A stretch of DNA of 63,929 bases, filler included, from Choristocarpus tenellus KU-1152 (lineage: Eukaryota > Protista > Phaeophyceae), in NCBI GenBank assembly GCA_964200185.2. It is 12 parts of 12 records of this genome, joined end to end, with 100 filler letters (N's around TTAATTAATTAA, not from the genome) between each part and the next. Parts side by side here need not be neighbours in the genome. Positions count along the whole stretch, not along the records: positions 1 to 10,064 come from CAXNAD020003174.1; positions 10,165 to 13,517 come from CAXNAD020020597.1; 10 more parts are not named here. The stretch is one strand, 5' to 3'. The notes under the pieces are model-generated. The model saw nothing but the letters and a program-made list of their open reading frames with translations, was not told the DNA's origin and did no database searches. Below, in pieces: positions 1-10,930 of this stretch. The position numbers were made by a program, and so were the translations under genes. Numbering within the stretch: position 1 is the first letter of the stretch; each line of letters starts with the position of its first letter.

Positions 1-125
1 GTGTGTCCGGAACATTGATATTGACACTTCCTAACCAACACGATAGCCAAAGGGGCGACCAGATCGCAGCCTTGGATTTTGGTCGCAAAATGGACGCGGC
101 CCTACCCTCTAAGGTACTTTGGCTC
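1..125 (-). mobile_element. MITE family A, partial copy (truncated by window start)
   Basis: Reverse complement of the family A left part; ends ...TACCCTCTAAGGTACTTTGGCTC at 125; matches copies at 40277 and 60199. Confidence 0.85.
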
Positions 126-1026
126 TCAGTTTGTATAAACTTTAGTTATGGGTGGGTGGGGATAGTTCCCAGACTAAGGTGAGGAATACTGAATAAACTA
201 TGATCCACCTGATCGTACTGTGTGGGCCTTCTTACCAGAGCAGTATTTAACCAAACTGGCAGGCCAGACCTGGAATGTGGACTTGCCTACGGAGCACATT
301 TTGGTTGAAAGTTAACAGATGTGTCCACAAACGGGTTCTGACTACACTTGACAATTGACATCCAATTTAAGACAAGGCTATCCAATACGAACAAAATCAC
401 ACCATGCTATAGAACAAAATTCAGAACTATATTTGTGCCAAACCAAAATGGATCACCTTCTTCATGAATGACGAACTTGCCTCATAGATGGTCGGCTTAA
501 ATGGGACGATTGACTGCATCCCAATCTGTTGTCAGAAGCACTACTAATTTTACTATACACATTACACTACTTCTCGTACTAACCACTCTTGAAAATAACT
601 GTTCCACAAGGACTAATTGCACTGTCTCCGTTCATGCTTTGCTTATCGTGTGCTGGATTCATCCATTCCAATGTTCCTGCTCCACCTCCTCGCGTAAATC
701 TATTGCTGAACCCGCCTCACTGACACACATGAATGAAGACTTGCCACCTCGTTCTCGCTCTGGTATTTTTGTAGTATAGTGACAGATATGAAAACACAGG
801 TTTGCGGTCCATAGAGCTTGCCACATAGACTTCAGATAATCGAATTCAGATTTCCTTGAAAAGAAGTCTGATGTCAATGGAGTTTGAACCTACGAGATAC
901 ATTTTGGAACACAATCCACATTAACTGGACCATACTATTGTTGTTTTTTATTATCTTCACTATGGTGTTGGGAGTATTCCAACAAGTATAGACACACTAC
1001 ACTACTGCACTTCTTCTCACAGTATT

Positions 1027-1267
1027 AGGCAGGGTCGCATTTTTAAGGATCCCAAGAAAGTCTAAAAATATTATTTTGTACAACTGTAAAAAGGGGCTTT
1101 GCTTAATTGTGGTGCCACTTTGTGTGTGTAAAGGGAGGATATCAATTTTGTGCACACTGTTGTGTACGTAAGGCAATAAAATTGAGTGCATTGCACAGGG
1201 TAAGAAATATCGCTCAGAATGCGAAAAAGGGTCAAAACCTGCCTACCCCTCAATTGTTTCTGTTCTC
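1027..1267 (+). mobile_element. MITE family C, diverged copy lacking the left TIR
   Basis: Co-linear similarity to 1889-2148 (shared AAGGATCCCAAGAAAG, ATTGCACAGGGT, TGCCTA..CTCAATT). Confidence 0.7.
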
Positions 1268-1888
1268 CTCCTGCTGGACAGCTATATCTATTACCTGGTT
1301 GAGCTTCTCATCCTCTCCGATTCCCCTAAAGCACAGCCAGCAACCCCCCTCCCAGTGCCCTTTCTAGTGGTGCTGTGGCTGCTAATTTGTGGATCTTCTC
1401 CTTTTCCTCTTTTCTCCCCAGTACCTGGGATACCCAGGCATAAACCCTTACTGTTCCTTTTTTCCCTGGCACTGCCGGAGCACAATGACTACGTACTGTT
1501 GGAGTTCTCCTCCTCTTTTCCCAGTGGCACACGCCTCATGTGAACCTTGCACACACGCGGTTTGTGTGTGTGAGAGGCCTGCACTAGCCACTCTGGTTAT
1601 TGCAGGTTAGTAGTAGTAGCGTCTCTGTACGATTGTTGGAAGTGAGACATCGGTGTATTCAACAAGAGTATTGTTTAACTAGACTGCGCAAAATGTTCGT
1701 CTGAGCAATGTGAAATTGTCTAGATTGGTGGAATGTTACAGATTAAACAATTGATTGCAACATGAGGTGCAGGGACAAAGTACACATGCAATTTTCTTGC
1801 AAGTGAGACCAGGGAGGAGAGGAACGAAGAGTGAAGCATTCAAATCATCCTTTGTCCGAGGCACAGATCCAAACACAGCAACCTGAAT

Positions 1889-2148
1889 GAGTCAAACCAG
1901 CTGAGAGACAGGCAGGGTGGTATTATAAGGATCCCAAGAAAGGCAACAATTTGCCATTTTATACAGTTGCAGAAAGGTTTGTCGATGAATTACGGTGTCA
2001 CGTTTTGTGTGGAAAGGGCGAATATTAAATCTGTGTCCATCAAAGTGCACATGAAGCAATGAAATTGTGTTTATTGCACAGGGTGAGAAAGAGAGATTAG
2101 AATGCAAAAGGGTGTCCAAACTTGCCTATCTCTCAATTAGTCTGGCTC
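1889..2148 (+). mobile_element. MITE family C, full copy (260 bp)
   Basis: Imperfect TIRs GAGTCAAACCAGCTGAGAGACAGGCAG vs (rc) GAGCCAGACTAATTGAGAGATAGGCAA; AAT on both flanks (possible 3-bp TSD). Confidence 0.75.
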
Positions 2149-3345
2149 AATGGAGCTCATTGTACCCCACTACGGCACCTTGGTCCCTCTGATTTTGTTG
2201 ATTAGAGGGTGGATCCTGTATCTCCCATGACACTTTTCCCACAGGTTGAAAGATGTGATATGAAAGGAGGTCTTTATCCCCATGCGCCCACCTAGATCCT
2301 TGACTGACATCCTCACGTAATCCATTCCGAGTGGTTGGAGTAAGGTTGGAAAATATGTAGTTTTCCTTGGGACAATTGCCTCCAAGTCCCACTTTTTTGA
2401 CACAGCGAGACCTCATTACACTGAGAGCAATGATGAGTGGTAATAGAGGGGCAAACATTTCCAGACTACCACTAACATCTTGGTTGACTGAAGTGTAAAA
2501 GGGCCGAATATCTTGGAGGGATACTTTCGGGGCCAGTGTATTGTACCAGGTACAACCAAAGACAAGTCTCTAAGTTATATGTTTATTGTGGGTAACATTC
2601 TGGAAAAGGCGTAGAGAATACTCCACTCGCCGTCGTGCGACTTAGGGCGCGACAACGACCTTCATTAAATGTCCAAAATAAATCCACAATCGCAGTGTCG
2701 CGAAATCACATACAAAAAAACAAACGACTCTGTACATCCCACAAAAAAATACGGATCCTGAACCCTACACCCCTGCGCGTTCAAAAAAAGTTCCGGTCGG
2801 CTTCGGAAGTGGAAGAAATATAAGAAGTCCGGACATTGTCAGAAAAGAAAAGTTTATGTGTGAAACACGTTAAATGAAACCTTCACTTTTCAGTTGAAGG
2901 GGAAGGGATAAGACCTGCCGTGGAAGAGGGGTTTGGATATAGAGAGATTGGTCTAGAAAGAGAAATCGCACCAGGGTAAAGTCAGTCAATCGGACCTCGG
3001 GAGAAGTTAAATGGTGGGAAAGGTACAACAACAATAATAGTAGTTTTCTATTAGCACCTTCCATTTGTTCATCAGTGTCACGAGGAAGTGGAGTTGCGTC
3101 GCCATGTATAATAATTCATGATAGAAGAAAAAACCCTGAGGGAAGTTGAAAGGACAGCGATCCCAAAAGGTATACCTTGGAGGGGAGGTGCGTATTACTG
3201 ATGACGTAAGGAAATATTTCGTATTGAAATAATACTGTTGTCCACGTTACTACTACTACTACTGTATAAACTATTCACCATTTCTGAGAGTTGTGCCATC
3301 TACATACAGTGGTCGAGGGTGTATACACAACACAACAATATTGTG

Positions 3346-3603
3346 ATGGGACTCGACCTGTGTTACAGCAACACAAGCATAGCCGAAAACACGAGTCCCT
3401 TGAGTACACCTGTTAAGAAAAGCCTGACTCGGGGTGGTGAGGTGATGTCGAACCATCGAGAGGATGGACACAGTTCTAGACCTACCTGGCATCATCAACA
3501 GCACCCGAACTATGTCCCCCATTCCATCTCTCACGATCAAGTAATGGCGACAAAGAGTGAACCAGGGTGGGGAGCTGAGAAGCGACCTTGGAACGAAGAA
3601 CAG
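3346..3603 (+). CDS. NRF1/EWG-like transcription factor, exon 1 (start codon uncertain: ATG 3346 or 3445)
   Basis: Open frame ending ...GAEKRPWNEEQ with donor CAG|GTGAAG, phase 0; KRP matches the NRF1 KRKRPH basic motif. Confidence 0.6.
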
Positions 3604-3741
3604 GTGAAGTAATGGGCTTCAAGGTCTCGTAACACTTAACCAGGATGGAGTCTGTTCCCCCATCTTTGTATTGCTATAGTTGCTATATTGGCCTTTCCTA
3701 CTTGTCATGCTGATGTTTTCCTTTGCACCACACGGAGACAG

Positions 3742-3900
3742 GCTGGATTTCCACTGGATCCGCGACACCTCCTTAGCAAGCTCAAAGTTTTGCACAAGGA
3801 GGCCAAGAAGAAGTATGGGGTGGATCTCGTCACTGTCTACTTGGGGGAAGGAGGTCGGATCAACACCATCGTTAGTCGCAAAGACGCGGTTGTCACAAAG
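3742..3900 (+). CDS. NRF1/EWG-like transcription factor, exon 2 (dimerisation / MADS-like core)
   Basis: Acceptor ACAG|GCT, donor AAG|GTCAGG, 53 codons; RHLLSKLKVLHKEAKKKYGVDLVTVYL aligns without gaps to NRF1 TRLLRKLRATLDEYTTRVGQQAIVLCI. Confidence 0.75.
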
Positions 3901-4294
3901 GTCAGGGGAAGGATCGGCTCAACTATTTTGAAATTTTTCGACCCCTCATCACTGTTCTGGAACCAATTAGTCTACAAATATACCAGCTATGGACACATCT
4001 TATAAATCTCGGGGCAACGTTATGAAACTTATCTCTCAAGACATATGTGTGGGTAGCCTCAACAAAACTACCGATCTGGACAACGGTGTACACTCATCAC
4101 CATTGAAGGAAAAGTATCAAGTAGCTGTTACTGTGTTGAGATTGAAATTCTGCTTAAATTCGGTTGTGTCGTAGGTGCTGAGGTTAACCTGCCCTCGGAT
4201 TGTAACCATCAGGACATTGCCCCTCTTCCTCCCACGGTGTGTCGTCCACATTCTACGAAGTGATTCCAATCTCGTTCCCTATAAAAACCCTCAG

Positions 4295-4559
4295 GTAATG
4301 ATGGATGAGACGGTCCGAAGCCGCCAACAAGCCATTGTTGACTCTTTCAGACTTCAAAGCAACAACAATAATAATAACGAGACCATGTCGGGAATTGAGG
4401 TCGGTGGCGATGGTGTTGCGGTTGGCGAGGTAGAGCATCACCCCCACGGACACACAAATAAGTTTTTGAGGGTGACGGATCGTTCCACTTCACCCATTGA
4501 GACAGGGATGAGCGGATACCGTGAGCAGGCGACGCGAACCCCGAAACGGCAAAGGACAG
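4295..4559 (+). CDS. NRF1/EWG-like transcription factor, exon 3
   Basis: Acceptor CCTCAG|GTA, donor ACAG|GTATGT (phase 1); MMDETVRSRQQAIVDSF aligns to NRF1 PLENVVRKYKSMILEDL. An alternative in-frame acceptor at 4174 would add 40 aa. Confidence 0.7.
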
Positions 4560-5077
4560 GTATGTGTTTTGAAGAGCCACCACCCCTCTTGGTCAGGCAT
4601 TCAAGTTCGCTTCATCTATTATCCCCATACATGTATGTTCATAAAAAAATGTGCCCACATTAAACACCTGTGCAAGCTTGGTCCAATATTTGTAACCCTG
4701 CTCAAAGAACGAGGGCAATGTATAAGAATGCAGTTGTGTGTCATGAGTGAAGTATTGGGTTGTGTTCGTCGTTGAGAGTTGGTGGTGGTTTAGGAAGGCG
4801 GGTTGTGGATGGTGGGGGGTGGGGGCAACTCTGCCCACTGTTCGTGTGTGGTGACAACATGCAGCACAGTACTTTTCAGTGGAAAAAATATGTATATTTA
4901 CATACGTATGTTTTTATGTTAATCTCGGTATGGTCCTGTACAACAGCATCAATATCACAGTAGCATCTCCTACAGACATGTATCTCTTAAAAAAATCTTA
5001 GGGTTAGGGATACGAAATGTAAGTAGTAAATATATCTCCAGCATGTTTGTACAAGTATATACTGCGCATGGTACCTG

Positions 5078-5513
5078 CATTGTTATGCTTGTACTAGTAT
5101 GTACTATTGTATTATTATGCTCGTACTAGTATGTACTGTTGTATTGTTATGTTTGTACTAGTATATACTATTGTATTGTTATGTTTGTACTAGTATGTAC
5201 TATTGTATTGTGATGCTTGTACTAGTATGTACTGTTGTATTGTTATGTTTGTACTAGTATGTACTATTGTATTATTATGCTTGTACTAGTATGTACTGTT
5301 GTATTATTATGCTTGTACTATTATGTACTATTGTTATGTTTGTACTAGTATGTACTATTGTATTGTTATGTTTGTACTAGTATGTACTATTGTATTGTTA
5401 TGCTTGTACTAGTATGTACTATTGTATTGCTATGTTTGTACTAGTATGTACTATTGTATTGTTATGTTTGTACTAGTATGTACTATTGTATTATTATGTT
5501 TGTACTAGTATGC
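5078..5513. repeat. Intronic minisatellite, ~32-bp unit (TGTACTAGTATGTACTATTGTATTGTTATGTT), ~13 copies
   Basis: Directly visible tandem array; each unit contains the palindrome TACTAGTA. Confidence 0.95.
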
Positions 5514-5636
5514 ACTGCCAAGAGTGTATTACTAGGGTAGTACCAATATGAATCGCCTTCAGGACCTATATTTTTTGTTCCAGTACCAATTTGTGCTGAC
5601 AGTACCTGGATTATTAGGGTGGTACCAGTATGTGCG

Positions 5637-5810
5637 CTGACTGAACCAGTATTGTTACACAATACCAATGTATACTACTGACTGAACCAGTATTGTTACA
5701 CAAGTACCAATGTATACTACTGACTGAACCAGTATTGTTACACAAGTACCAATGTATACTACTGACTGAACCAGTATTGTTACACAAGTACCAATGTATA
5801 CTACCGACTG
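5637..5810. repeat. Intronic minisatellite, 42-bp unit, ~4 copies
   Basis: CTGACTGAACCAGTATTGTTACACAAGTACCAATGTATACTA repeated. Confidence 0.95.
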
Positions 5811-6015
5811 TACCTGTACTGGTCCAATTCAATTATCTTGGTGCCTGCACGCCTTACATGACTACACACTGCTGAACCTGTAATATTATACTTAAAACTT
5901 TCTAAAATTAAAACCTTTCATTTTTGTCATTTTCAGAACAAACCAAGCCTCCCCCCCTCCCACCTCCCCTCCCCTCCCTATTTCCCTCCCATCAATCCAT
6001 GATCATCTCCATCAG

Positions 6016-6587
6016 TGACAGAAGCCAAGGCAACTGAATTCAAAGACGCCATGTCATCCAACAGGCAAGGAAGAGGAGGCTCTGGCAACAGAGATGCAAC
6101 CCCCCCAACCGTGTCCAACGCCTCCTCTTCTACAAACGCCTCCCTGGGCGGTGGAGGCGTCAGCACCTCGAACCTCCTGAACGAGTACCTTCCATCGAAC
6201 CCCGCTGCCCCCCCCCCTGCCCCTGCCCCCGCCCCCGCCCCCGCCGCCGCCTCAAGATCCGGATCTTCTTCCTCCTTAACAACGACCAATGGGAACATCG
6301 ACTCCACGACTCCCCTGTTTAGCAACAACAACAATAACAACAACAACAACAATAACGCCTCCTCTTCTTCAACCTCTTCTTCTTCTTCTTCTTCTTCTTC
6401 TTCTTTTTCTTCTTTTTCTACGGCACCGGCTCTTCCAGTTACGGTGCCCTTGCCCTCGACCAATAAGGGGCTGGCTGAGTTCATTCGGCAGGTGCTGGGG
6501 TTGCGTCCGCTATATGGGAATGAAGCTGCGAGGCCGTGTTTCTGGCCGGATGATGTCCCTTGGCAGAAGGGGAAGAGCATCAGTCAG
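6016..6587 (+). CDS. NRF1/EWG-like transcription factor, exon 4 (low-complexity linker plus DNA-binding-domain core)
   Basis: Acceptor CATCAG|TG completes the phase-1 codon G|TG; donor CAG|GTGAGG, phase 0; PA/poly-N/poly-S linker, then LAEFIRQVLGLRPLYGNEAARPCFWPDDVPWQ vs NRF1 LRAFIPEMLKYSTGRGKPGWGKESCKPIWWPEDIPWA. Confidence 0.85.
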
Positions 6588-6777
6588 GTGAGGGTTGTTT
6601 TTTTTTTAAATGTTTTTTTTAATGTTTTTTAATTTTTATTTGGTGCAACAAAAGCGAACAAAAAAATAGTGTAGTTGAAAGGTACAGTGTATACCCTTTT
6701 TGTGTATAAGTTGAGAAAAAAAAGAAGGCGTTGGATGTGCTCTTCTGTATGATCGATCGATTGCTTTTTTGTTTGTT

Positions 6778-6808
<31 letters not shown>

Positions 6809-7094
6809 ACTGTGTGCGTGTATGTATGTGTCTTATGTATGTGTCTTATGTATGGACGTTTTTTTACATCCTTAATGTGAGTGTGTAAATTGTGGCGTGA
6901 TAAATATGTGTATCTACGTATCTGTGATTATTATTTTTTTATTGTGTGGGTTTGAAGTAGTAAATGAGCACAAAACGGTACCAGAGTTGGCTTTTTTTTT
7001 AGTTGGTTGGGGTTAGGGTTAGGGACAGGCATTTGTGAATATTCACTGTGGTGGAGAGGTTGAGGGGATGGTAGTTAGAGTGGCCTTGGCATGT

Positions 7095-7149
<55 letters not shown>
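7095..7149. repeat. (CA)n(GA)n microsatellite
   Basis: Directly visible. Confidence 0.95.
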
Positions 7150-7672
7150 GCTGCGTTTAGTGTTTAGTGCTGAATATGTTGGAGTCAACCATGTCAATGC
7201 TCAGCTAGTCCTTCTCAACTCTGTCCAACTTTCTGCTATGGGGTGACACCGTGTAGGATGTGATTGCCTTGTGGTTTGGTCATGCCAAGTGCATAACTTC
7301 CTCACAAAAATGATTCGTACTGTACAATGCATAGTACCAAATATAGATAGACTGTTGCTGGGCTCATGGTTTTGAGGTCAAATTAGAGATATCCATCAAT
7401 CAGGTATTGGTGCATCGGTATGATGTTATTAGGTATGATGGTATAAGGTATGATGTTATAAGGTATGCCTCTCCTATGTGTTGTACATTGCACCCCACCT
7501 ATAGCACAGAAGGGGCAGGGCTAGGTATCAGTTTGAGTCGATCCCTAACAAACGTACGTGTGCTGCCAAGTGTGTATGTTCAAATCATGTTCAAATCATG
7601 TTCAAATCATGTTGTCACTGGTTTCTTTGACGGTAGTTAGTTGGTCATAATGTTCTGCTGATGGTGAAAATT

Positions 7673-7935
7673 TTGCAGTTTTGATAGTGTTTGGTACTTA
7701 GTAGTTTTGATGGTGTTTGATACTTAGTACTCTTGATAGTGTTTGGTACTTAGTACTCTTGATAGTGTTTGGTACTTTGCAGTTTTGATAGTATTTGATA
7801 CTTAGTACTCTTGAAAGTGTTTGGTACTTTGCAGTTTTGATAGTATTTGATACTTTGTAGTTTTGATAGTGTTTGATACTTAGTACTCTTGATAGTGTTT
7901 GGTACTTTGCAGTTTTGATAGTATTTGATACTTTG
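7673..7935. repeat. Intronic minisatellite, ~26-bp unit with two alternating variants
   Basis: AGTACTCTTGATAGTGTTTGGTACTT / TGCAGTTTTGATAGTATTTGATACTT; explains the periodic ORFs 7698-8159 and 7750-8049. Confidence 0.9.
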
Positions 7936-8687
7936 TACAGTTGGTAGTATGTGGTACTTTGTACAACAATAGGGAAGTAGAAGGGTGCTGATACAGAAGA
8001 TTTGCAGAATATTATTCTCAGAACAATTCGAGCAGATGTACAAGGCCAAAGATGAGGTACAACCAGTATGTTCAAAATGGTATAGAGCTGGTTAGAGTCG
8101 GTGGAGTGCAGAGGCGATGTGGTTTGTGGGAGGTGTGCGCGGTCGGCACTAGGTAACACACTTTAATGAATTTGAGGTAGTAACCCTGGAGGCACGAGAT
8201 TGTGAGCAGACGCACGATACGGAGGAGAGCAGCTGACAGATACGGACTATTAATAGAGCCGGTGTGAGTTGGTTTGAGCCGACTCGATCTCGTGTGTGGT
8301 GTTTTAAATATGTTTTGTCTTGAGGAACGATGACGTTTTAAATATTTTTTTGCAGTATTACTTTTTGTTTTGATTTGAAGGGTTAGGGTTAGGGTTAGGG
8401 TTAGGGCTAGGGTTAGTGAACTACAGCTGGCAGTGGTAGTGTACAACACGGATGGATGGATGGATGAAAGGAATAATGGATGGGAATTATTCAGATATGT
8501 GAGGTAGTTGTAGGTCTGCTGTGTGGAATAAGATGCAGTTGATTTTCTAAAATATATGTTTTCCTTTCTAAAGTCAATGAAATCAAATACTGCATATACT
8601 TGTAAGTTAAATACTTGAGTTGAAATGACTCATTCATAGAGTGGGGAATTATATTGGTGTCAAACTGGACTACTTTTGCTCTCATCA

Positions 8688-8888
8688 ATATTATTATTGC
8701 AATTATTATTATTATTGCTATTATTATTATTATTGCTATTATTATTATTGTTGCTATTATTATTATTGTTGCAATTATTATTATTATTGCTATTATTATT
8801 ATTATTGCTATTGTTATTATTATTGCTATTATTATTATTATTGCTATTATTATTATTAGTAGTAGTAGTCGTATTATTGTTGTTGTGA
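8688..8888. repeat. Compound (ATT)n/GCT microsatellite
   Basis: Directly visible; source of the poly-I/Y/L/N ORFs. Confidence 0.95.
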
Positions 8889-8947
8889 TGGTTTGCCCAA
8901 TTTGCTTCAAGGTTAGAGAGACAAGCATACAACCTCCCACTGCCTTA

Positions 8948-9055
8948 TATGTACATAATATACATAATACATATGCACATAATATACATAATACATATGC
9001 ACATAATATACATAATACATATGTACATAATATACATAATACTTATGTACATATA
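8948..9055. repeat. 24-bp minisatellite (ATATGCACATAATATACATAATAC), ~4.5 copies
   Basis: Directly visible. Confidence 0.9.
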
Positions 9056-9885
9056 GTCTGATACGATCAGTATTATTCAATCCAAGTATATGGTACTTTT
9101 TGGTACTTTTTTTTTTAATGCATGCTATACAGACAGACAGAACCCTCCATTATTAGTAATCATTAGCAGTTATCAGTAATCATTAGCACAGCTACCTCTT
9201 CGCTGCAGTTGGTCTACACTACAAGTGTTAGTGTTAGGGTTAGGGTTAGGGTTGTCACAGTACTGTCTTAGTGATTCCCTTGTGAAGTGTGCCCTATTCT
9301 AGCTCCATGCATGAAGACAGCTTTGTAGTGTTTCTCCTGTTTATTATTTATTTTTTTAGTATTAATTTTTAAATTTACTATTCATTGTTGTACTATTTGT
9401 TACTATTTTTTTAAAAATTATTTAATACTTATTATTTATTAATTATGATTTGTTATTTACTATTTATTTATTGTTTATTATTTTACTAGTTATATTTTGC
9501 TTATGATAAAAAAAGGACATTTTAGGGTGTATCTGCTAGTGGAGTAAGCTGCACTCATTAGATTCTGCATGTACATTCAGATTAAAAAAAAAAAATTCAA
9601 ATATATGTTTCATTTGTAGTTGATGGGAAAAGGTTTTCGTGTGTAAATTTATCTTGAAAAAATTCAGGTATTTTTTATTTCATTTCAGAACAAAAATATA
9701 ATTTGTTGTCCGTGTTGTAGCATCACAAGCAAGCCAGTGCAGTGAATATTGCTCTGTGATGATGCTCCCTGCGGGCTTATCACTGATTGTTTTTTAGATA
9801 ACCTTTGTAGATAACCTTTGTTTTTGACCTCCGAAGCGATGATGTTTGGTGTTTTTAAATTTTTTTTGTGCTGGCTCTTTTTCAG

Positions 9886-10008
9886 ATGAACAACACCTAC
9901 TTGCAGAGTCTCGCCAGGGCTGCGCTCAAGCACCAGGCACAGGCAGCCTCAGAGCTTGCGGCTGGGGGAGGGGGGGGAGGGGGGGCCGGGGGGGGGGGGG
10001 GAAAAAGG
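9886..10008 (+). CDS. NRF1/EWG-like transcription factor, exon 5 (3' end uncertain)
   Basis: Polypyrimidine acceptor CTCTTTTTCAG|ATG, phase 0; MNNTYLQSLARAALKHQ aligns to the last NRF1 DBD helix SWTQALRTIVKNCYKQH; then poly-G and an in-frame TAG at 10009, or a donor, near the contig end. Confidence 0.7.
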
Positions 10009-10064
10009 TAGAGAAAGGGGAGAGAGGCGCCGGGGGGTGGGTGGAAGGGGGAAAAAAAAAAAGA

Positions 10065-10164
10065 NNNNNNNNNNNNNNNNNNNNNNNNNNNNNNNNNNNN
10101 NNNNNNNNTTAATTAATTAANNNNNNNNNNNNNNNNNNNNNNNNNNNNNNNNNNNNNNNNNNNN
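10065..10164. other. Artificial contig linker (N44-TTAATTAATTAA-N44)
   Basis: Identical linkers at 10065, 13518, 18311, 23806, 33201, 37778, 41743, 46891, 52214, 55323 and 58977 (100 bp each); stops in all six frames. Confidence 0.98.
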
Positions 10165-10229
10165 AATCGTGACAACAAAAAATTGACCCCAAATGGACAA
10201 CCGCCACCCCCCCCCAGATACTTTAAGCC
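10165..10229. mobile_element. MITE family B terminus
   Basis: ...CCCCAAATGGACAACCGCCA(C)nAGATACTTTAAGCC; reverse-complement relative at 46825-46890. Confidence 0.7.
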
Positions 10230-10299
10230 TAAGACAAGCCATTAAAGACAAAACGGCACACCATGCACTGCTCTATCTACCCTAAGCCTTTGTGTAGTA

Positions 10300-10930
10300 A
10301 AGGGGTACACATCTCTTCTGGCGAATGGATACTTCCAAATATCAAACCATTATCAAACACAAAAAAATATCTCGTATGATATTTTTGATACTGGAGCATT
10401 ACCTATCAAAAATGATTATACCGTTTTGATCATACATAAACAAGAAGATATTTCGATTTGAGACCACTGCATTCTTTAGACGGAAGATACACGACAAATC
10501 TTACAAAAATTGTGGCAGCAAGGAAACGATGAGGATTCAACCCATATGTGGAGGAGAAAAAAACATTGAACAGGATGGACAAAGATCAGGACCAATGTCA
10601 GACTTGAACAATCACCTCTCCATCCACTAGAGGTCGTATTGGAGGTTCTGGGTTGCAAAAAGACCACCCACGATAACTTTCATCAAAAATAAAAACATGT
10701 CCAATAATCGGCAAGTAGGGTGTAGACATTAAAAGCCATGCAGCTGTAATCCCTTCCAATCAACCAGAAACATACCTGTACGCTTAGGCCTGTTCCTATT
10801 GAACGATTCTTGGGCAGGTACGGAATTTTGTGAAATGAGGATCTCCACAACAATTTTGATTGGAATTCTTGGTGTAGTGCAACAAAACCACATTTTCCGA
10901 GGTCAATAAATCTTACATGCATTTTCATAC
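10300..10930 (-). pseudogene. Degraded non-LTR (LINE) reverse transcriptase remnant
   Basis: Degenerate motifs in the expected order on the minus strand: FIDLGK (FxDLxKAFD), SGWRGDCSSLTLVLIF (GxxQGCxLSPxLF), LFMYDQ (YADD region), FG.VSIRQKR (GLxIxxxKT). Confidence 0.55.

Noticed and set aside
5078-5810. 32- and 42-bp arrays as CRISPR repeats
   Set aside because: Head-to-tail tandem units without spacers, inside a eukaryotic intron.
6051-6053. ATG in good context (GCCATG) as gene start
   Set aside because: The phase-compatible acceptor at 6015 links upstream exons carrying the NRF1-like N-terminal blocks; it could at most be a secondary start.
8491-9061. Poly-I/Y/L/N ORFs (also 43609-44211, 44961-45396, 45495-45821, 7698-8159)
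   Set aside because: Translations of simple repeats.
10109-10120. Recurrent TTAATTAATTAA motif as a biological site
   Set aside because: Always centred in 44+44 Ns; it is an assembly linker.
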